This document shows, in pieces, positions 48,504 to 53,126 of a stretch of DNA of 53,126 nucleotides. This DNA is from Eubacteriales bacterium. GTDB lineage: Bacteria > Bacillota > Clostridia > Oscillospirales > CAG-272. The notes beneath the pieces are model-generated. The model saw only the letters and a list, made by a program, of their open reading frames with translations, ran no database searches and was not told the origin of the DNA. Numbering within the stretch: position 1 is the first letter of the stretch; each line of letters starts with the position of its first letter. Where the stretch lies: NCBI GenBank assembly GCA_051867915.1, contig JBJDZJ010000096.1:1-53126 (forward strand), given 5' to 3'. The position numbers and the translations under genes were made by a program.

Positions 48504-51320
48504 ATGATGAAAAGAATAATTTCCGCTGTTTCGGTTGCCCTTGCACTGCTGTTGTGCCTCTCTGTTTTTCCGCTGACATTTGTTTTAAATGCAGAGGAAA
48601 ATAGATCTGCCGAAGATGTCATGCTTGTTGCCCCTTCTGCCGATCAGACAGCAAAGGGTTTCTGCCGCACCGATGTTAATCCGGAAGACGGTTCTAAAAA
48701 AGATCTTTGCATAATAATGGAAGCAAAAAGGGAAGATCTGAAGAAATATGAAAGCTGTGAGTTTTCAATAAGCTTTTCAGCCGGAGACGAAACGGTAAAA
48801 AGCAAAAATTACAGAGCGAAAATCGCATATAAATCAATAGTTGACAACCAGAGAAAATATATTGCAGCCGACGGTTGCGGACTTATTGGATGTGTAATAA
48901 CCGGAATCCCGTCATCGGTTACATCGTTTGATGCAATCGCTTGCCTTAAGAGCAGTGATAATGTCGAAACAAAAATAAATCTCGGCTCCGCAATTCTTTC
49001 AAAAGGAACGGTAACACTCACACGGGATGAAATTTATGATAAACTTCTCGGCGGCTGGCTCGGACAGATGATAGGAGTTTCATGGGGGGCATCGACCGAA
49101 TTCGGATATTGCGGAGAAATTATTCCCGAAAACAGAATACCGAAGTGGAAGCCGTCAATGATAAACGATGCTTTTGCACAGGACGATCTTTATGTCGAAA
49201 TCCCGTTCATGGAAGTGATGAAGAAAAACGGTGTTGATTGCGATGTCAACCTTATTGCCGATAATTTTGCAAAATCGGAGTTCCCGCTTTGGCATGCAAA
49301 CTATCAGGCAAGACTGAATCTTCAGAACGGCATAAAGTATCCCGATTCGGGCAGTCCGAAATACAATATACATGCAGATGACATAGATTGGCAGATAGAA
49401 GCCGATTTCCTCGGAATGATTTATCCCGGACTTGTCAACAGAGCGGCGGAACGTTCATTTGAACTCGGTCACATCATGAATTACGGAGACGGAGTGTACG
49501 GAGGCGTTTTTGTAAGCGCACTTCATTCGGCAGCTTATACCGCAAGAACTCTTGATGAGGTCATTCAGGCAGGACTTGATGCCATTCCGGACGGGACTCT
49601 TTTCAAGGAAACGCTTCTTGATGTTGTAAACGGCTATAATAACGGCGAGAGTTGGGAGGATGTCTGGAAAACGCTCGAAAACAAGTGGGCGGATACCGAT
49701 AAATGCACAGAGTGTGCAGGTCCTATCAATATAGATGCAAAGCTGAACAGCGCATATGTGCTGATCGGACTTCTTTACGGTGCCGGAAACCTTGAAAAAA
49801 CAATAATCATATCAACAAGATGCGGTCAGGACAGTGACTGCAATCCGTCGACGGCGGCATCGGTTCTTTGTAATTTTCTCGGTGCGTCCGCAATTCCCGA
49901 TAAATATAAATCGGCTGTTGACATGGTCAATACAAAATTCCAGACTACCGATTATTCTCTCGGAGAGATAATTGACCTTTCAATGCAGCTTATAAGTGAA
50001 ACGGTGTCGGCATCCGGCGGAAGGGTAAAAGAAAATGATTATACTCTCGTTGTGTCGGATGAAATAAATGCAACTCCTTTTGAACAGTGGGAAGGCGGAA
50101 TCGGAGTACAGCTTTTGGTAAATGTTACAAGCGGGTGCGCAGTAAATATCAGATTCGAATCGGCAGGAGCCGAAAAGATCAAAAAAGTAACATATGATAT
50201 GGGTGACGGCTTCGTAACAAGCGAAAATCTTTGCATGTACGGTTATTCGAAACCCGGAACATACAGGATTACCTGTGAGGTAGAGGGAGAAGAAGGAACA
50301 AAACTCACGCTTGAAACTACCATAACGCTTGAATCGGAGCTTTCGGGAATAAAATATAATCCGATTTGTTCTGTCGATGCGCCTTTGGGAAGCGGAAATA
50401 AAGATATGCATGTTTTCTGCGACGGTGTAATTCCTTCAACAACAGATACATCTTCCGCATTGCAGTACGATACCTATTGCGGCGGAGGAGAGATGGACAG
50501 CCTTTATGTCGGAATGGAATTTGACAAAACAGTTTCGCTGACAGGAGTTAAGTTTACCGAGGGTCTGCATTTCTGGGACGGTGGATGGTTTGACGGAGTT
50601 CCGAATGTAGAGCTTCTCATAGACGGTAAATGGGTTGAAGTTGCAACATATAACGACGGAAAGGAATATCCTGATAAAAACAGCATGACTGCACACGGAT
50701 TGCCGTTTGAAAGCTATGTGTTCAGATTTGAAAAAACCACAGAGTGTGACGGGGTGCGCTTTAAGGGCAAACCCGGAGGAAGTGCACATTTTATAAGTGT
50801 TGCCGAAATAACACCGTTTACCAATGACAACAGTGTGACAGTAAAGCAAAAAACTGCAATAATCTGTTCGGTGTCGGCACCGTTGGGCGGAGGATCGAAA
50901 GATATAGGCGTTATTTGTGACGGAATTGTTCCGGATGCTTCATCTGCGAACGATTTGATGCAGTACGACACCTATATCGGAGAAACTGCTGATGCATTTG
51001 CATATGTCGGATATCTGTTTGTGGCAGAACGAAATCTTTCGGGAATTGTGTTTGCGGAAGGCAATCATTTCAATAACGGCGGATGGTTCAAAAACGGCGA
51101 CATAAAAGTACAGATTCTTACCGACGAAGGATGGGTGGATGTGCTGTGCGACGGCATTGACCGATATCCTGTCGGTGACAGCAGGGATGTTTTCGGATCC
51201 GGCTACCAGAGCTATACCTTCAGGTTGAAGGAACCGGTATCTTGCAGAGGAATACGCATTGCCGGAACAACCGGAGGATGCGGTTTCATAAGTGTAAGCG
51301 AGTTGACTGTTATCGACTGA
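48504..51320 (+). CDS. Secreted multidomain protein: unknown N-domain, ADP-ribosylglycohydrolase-fold domain, PKD-like domain and two discoidin/CBM-like repeats
   Basis: ORF 48495..51320. ATG 48504 has AGAGAGG 8 nt upstream. Signal peptide MMKRIISAVSVALALLLCLSVFPLTFVLNA. ARH motifs 'LLGGWLGQMIGVSWGASTEFG', 'AQDDLYVEIPFM', 'RCGQDSDCNPSTAASVLCNFLG'. PKD-like 'VTYDMGDGFVTSENLCMYGYSKPGTYRITCEV'. Duplicated 'ICSV(D/S)APLG(S/G)G(N/S)KD..V.CDG(V/I)(I/V)P...QYDTY.G' modules. Confidence 0.75.
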   Translation: MMKRIISAVSVALALLLCLSVFPLTFVLNAEENRSAEDVMLVAPSADQTAKGFCRTDVNPEDGSKKDLCIIMEAKREDLKKYESCEFSISFSAGDETVKSKNYRAKIAYKSIVDNQRKYIAADGCGLIGCVITGIPSSVTSFDAIACLKSSDNVETKINLGSAILSKGTVTLTRDEIYDKLLGGWLGQMIGVSWGASTEFGYCGEIIPENRIPKWKPSMINDAFAQDDLYVEIPFMEVMKKNGVDCDVNLIADNFAKSEFPLWHANYQARLNLQNGIKYPDSGSPKYNIHADDIDWQIEADFLGMIYPGLVNRAAERSFELGHIMNYGDGVYGGVFVSALHSAAYTARTLDEVIQAGLDAIPDGTLFKETLLDVVNGYNNGESWEDVWKTLENKWADTDKCTECAGPINIDAKLNSAYVLIGLLYGAGNLEKTIIISTRCGQDSDCNPSTAASVLCNFLGASAIPDKYKSAVDMVNTKFQTTDYSLGEIIDLSMQLISETVSASGGRVKENDYTLVVSDEINATPFEQWEGGIGVQLLVNVTSGCAVNIRFESAGAEKIKKVTYDMGDGFVTSENLCMYGYSKPGTYRITCEVEGEEGTKLTLETTITLESELSGIKYNPICSVDAPLGSGNKDMHVFCDGVIPSTTDTSSALQYDTYCGGGEMDSLYVGMEFDKTVSLTGVKFTEGLHFWDGGWFDGVPNVELLIDGKWVEVATYNDGKEYPDKNSMTAHGLPFESYVFRFEKTTECDGVRFKGKPGGSAHFISVAEITPFTNDNSVTVKQKTAIICSVSAPLGGGSKDIGVICDGIVPDASSANDLMQYDTYIGETADAFAYVGYLFVAERNLSGIVFAEGNHFNNGGWFKNGDIKVQILTDEGWVDVLCDGIDRYPVGDSRDVFGSGYQSYTFRLKEPVSCRGIRIAGTTGGCGFISVSELTVID

Positions 51321-51355
51321 ATACCGATTTGCGATATCCGTTTATACAGACAAAT

Positions 51356-51398
51356 ATACTCCGAATGACAAATCTGTGTCGTTCGGAGTATGGTTTTT
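51356..51398 (+). terminator. Intrinsic terminator of the secreted-ARH gene
   Basis: ATACTCCGAATGACA (51356-51370) pairs with TGTCGTTCGGAGTAT (51377-51391), followed by GGTTTTT. Confidence 0.7.
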
Positions 51399-51564
51399 AC
51401 TGTTTTGTTTTTAAAGGCAGAGGCTGTCCGCAATCTTCGCAAAGCCGAAGATGTCGAGTTTTTCTCCGCATATGTTCGGATCAAATCCGCAGGAATAAAC
51501 CGCCTGCAAGATATCTTGCTTGGAAAATGCCGGAAATGATGACGAGATGCTTTTACGAGAGTTG

Positions 51565-51648
51565 TTGCGCCGCGCCAACCCCCGTTACCCTCTCATGAGC
51601 GAAATCAAGCAGATGTACCTGAATGCTTACTACGGCAAGCATAGAAAG
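51565..51648 (+). repeat. Fourth displaced copy (D) of the adhE 3' end
   Basis: 'TTGCGCCGCGCCAACCCCCGTTACCCTCTCATGAGCGAAATCAAGCAGATGTACCTGAATGCTTACTACGGCAAGCAT'. After it there is an apparent 1-nt deletion relative to copies B and C. Copy D lacks the GGGGG hairpin arm and is followed directly by the terminator at 51652-51683. Confidence 0.9.
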
Positions 51649-51651
51649 CTT

Positions 51652-51683
51652 CAAATCCCCCACTTTTGACAGTGGGGGATTTG
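51652..51683. terminator. Bidirectional terminator
   Basis: CAAATCCCCCAC-TTTTGACA-GTGGGGGATTTG, then AGATATTTTT. Lies between adhE-tail copy D (plus strand) and sORF 51699..51812 (minus strand). Confidence 0.7.
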
Positions 51684-51698
51684 AGATATTTTTATCTA

Positions 51699-51812
51699 TT
51701 ACCAATTAGGGTTCCAGGGGATGTCCTCCACTTCGCCGGATGTAAGCAGAACATCGGCGCTGTCGGTCAGGAGGATCTCCGCCTTCGGAGATTCGTAGAG
51801 TTCCTTTTCCAT
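51699..51812 (-). CDS. Unannotated 37-codon sORF (MEKELYESPKAEILLTDSADVLLTSGEVEDIPWNPNW)
   Basis: GGAGG (51821-51825, minus strand) lies 8 nt before ATG 51812, which is 14 nt after the LRR-gene stop. TAA at 51699-51701. Shares M-(D/E)-K-x(1-2)-(I/L)-Y-x2-P-x6-7-(S)-x-D-(I/V)-(V/L)-L-x-S with the sORF at 48360..48485. Confidence 0.5.
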   Translation of the reverse strand: MEKELYESPKAEILLTDSADVLLTSGEVEDIPWNPNW

Positions 51813-51826
51813 CTTTCTTACCTCCT

Positions 51827-53126
51827 TTACTGCTGGGGTGCGACGGCGTCGTAGTCGAACTGCGTTGCGGCGATCACAGAACCGTCGGCGGAAGTGACGG
51901 TCAGGGTCGCTGTGTCAAATCCGTCCGCCGGAATGTCGGTAACGACAAAGCCGAACAGGGTGCAGGACTCGCCGGCAACATAGGTCTCTCCTGCCGCAAT
52001 CAGACTGGTATAGATCTTCATGGTTTTGCCTTCCACATAGTCGGTATCAACCGTACGGGTGATGGTGTAGGGCGTTGCATTCCCGTCCTTGTAGAAGTTC
52101 AGCGTGACCTTGTCGCCTGCCCTGACAGCGTCATTCTCGGCAAGGATGATGCGCAGATCAAAGGAACCGTCCTCGTGCGTGCGGTTGCTGGAATAGGCGG
52201 AGAGATCGCCTTCTGCAACGGAGATGGTGTTGTAGGTAGTACCGTTACCCGCTTCCTCTTCGGTGATTTCGGCACGGTCAAACCCGGGCAGTGCAACGAA
52301 GGGATTGCCGTTTACATTGGCATAGTCTTCGGCAGTCGATCCGGCGAAGCCGTAGATGGTGGTGGCAGAGGGAATGGAATAATTGCTAATAGAACAAATG
52401 GGGTTATAAACTGTAATGCTGTCTAAGTTGGTACAGCCATCGAATGCCCCATAGCCAATCTGGGTAACACTGTCGGGAATGGTGACACTTGTCAAACCGG
52501 AGCAGCCATAGAATGAACTAAAGCTAATAGAGGTGACGCTGTCGGGGATGGTGATACTCGTCAAACCGGAACAGTTATAGAATGCAGAACCGCCAATCAC
52601 GGTGATGCTGTTGGAGATAGTGATGCTCGTCAAACCTGTACAGTCTTCGAATGCCGCATAGCCAATCTCGGAGACGCTGTCGGGAATGGTGATGCTCGTC
52701 AAGCCGGAACAGCCATAGAATGCAGAGTCGCCAATAGATGTAACGCTACCGTCCGTCGGAATGATACTGTTTTGGCATCCGAGAATCAATTTCTTGTTTT
52801 CGGTATCAATGAGACAGTTTCCGCTACTGTGGTAGGTTGTGTTGCCTTCCGATACGGTGATACCCGTCAAGCTGGAGCAACCATGGAATGCGAAATCACC
52901 AATCACGGTAACGCTGCCCGGAATGGTGATACTCGCCAAGCCGGAACAGTTAGAGAATGCAGAATCGCCAATAGAGGTAACACTGTCGGGAATGGTGATA
53001 CTCGTCAGACCTGCACAGTCTGCGAATGCACCAAAGCCAATTTCGGTGACACTACCGTCCGTCGGAATGACACTGTTTTGGCATCCGAGAATCAATTTCT
53101 TGTTTTCGGTATCAATGAGACAGTTT
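51827..53126 (-). CDS. BspA-type leucine-rich-repeat surface protein (C-terminal part; the 5' end lies beyond the window)
   Basis: The frame is open to the window edge. ~23-aa LRRs of the type 'IPDSVTSIGDSAFSNCSGLTSITIP' are repeated. A 306-bp super-repeat is present: 52746-52820 is nearly identical to 53052-53126. The C-terminal ~150 aa are non-LRR. Confidence 0.8.
   Translation of the reverse strand, partial: NCLIDTENKKLILGCQNSVIPTDGSVTEIGFGAFADCAGLTSITIPDSVTSIGDSAFSNCSGLASITIPGSVTVIGDFAFHGCSSLTGITVSEGNTTYHSSGNCLIDTENKKLILGCQNSIIPTDGSVTSIGDSAFYGCSGLTSITIPDSVSEIGYAAFEDCTGLTSITISNSITVIGGSAFYNCSGLTSITIPDSVTSISFSSFYGCSGLTSVTIPDSVTQIGYGAFDGCTNLDSITVYNPICSISNYSIPSATTIYGFAGSTAEDYANVNGNPFVALPGFDRAEITEEEAGNGTTYNTISVAEGDLSAYSSNRTHEDGSFDLRIILAENDAVRAGDKVTLNFYKDGNATPYTITRTVDTDYVEGKTMKIYTSLIAAGETYVAGESCTLFGFVVTDIPADGFDTATLTVTSADGSVIAATQFDYDAVAPQQ

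Larger units (their letters stand above)
46234..51564. other. AT-richer genomic island bracketed by adhE 3'-end copies; no recombinase gene visible
   Basis: Spot counts of single 60-nt lines give 25/60 G+C at 48541-48600 inside, against 36/60 at 45301-45360 in adhE. Island genes use ATA/AAA/GAA-rich codons. The left border is copy C (46135-46233) and the right border is copy D (51565-51648). Confidence 0.5.

Overview
This 53.1-kb chromosomal segment looks like it comes from a saccharolytic Gram-positive anaerobe. A Clostridia / Oscillospiraceae-like taxon is an inference from GGAGG Shine-Dalgarno sites, lipoprotein and sortase-type signals, and CotH/GLUG/LRR surface proteins. I can support about 45 protein genes. 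I saw no rRNA, tRNA, CRISPR array, transposase or integrase.

Gene order, left to right:
- AraC regulator divergent from a GH43 lipoprotein; trmO; a lipoprotein; a DUF5662-like gene.
- A sigma-70/ECF-like factor with a long C-terminal extension, divergent from an SPFH(YdjI-like) / zinc-ribbon(YdjG-like) / TPM(YdjH-like) operon.
- A PA14/discoidin wall-anchored protein and small membrane proteins.
- A sugar-phosphate isomerase / NUDIX / GH130 operon; a Crh-like HPr; pepC; a Gfo/Idh/MocA oxidoreductase.
- Two paralogous CotH-GLUG lipoproteins flanking yccF and a GH5.
- An XRE regulator with a striking double-palindrome operator; a GH43-HAD fusion; ilvA-ridA.
- bioY behind a BirA-type operator and a tandemly duplicated 133-nt leader.
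- Lipoproteins; RNHCP; an esterase translationally coupled to thyX; yfbR; birA; LysR; adhE.

The most unusual region is downstream of adhE. The last ~80 bp of adhE recur four more times: three in tandem, and one 5.3 kb away next to a terminator. These copies bracket a visibly AT-richer island. The island encodes an HTH-ADP-ribosylglycohydrolase (ARH) fusion, a 41-codon sORF and a 938-aa secreted ARH-PKD-discoidin protein. A paralogous 37-codon sORF sits just outside the island, behind a BspA-type LRR surface-protein gene that runs off the window.

All functional calls rest on motif recognition by eye. No database search was run.
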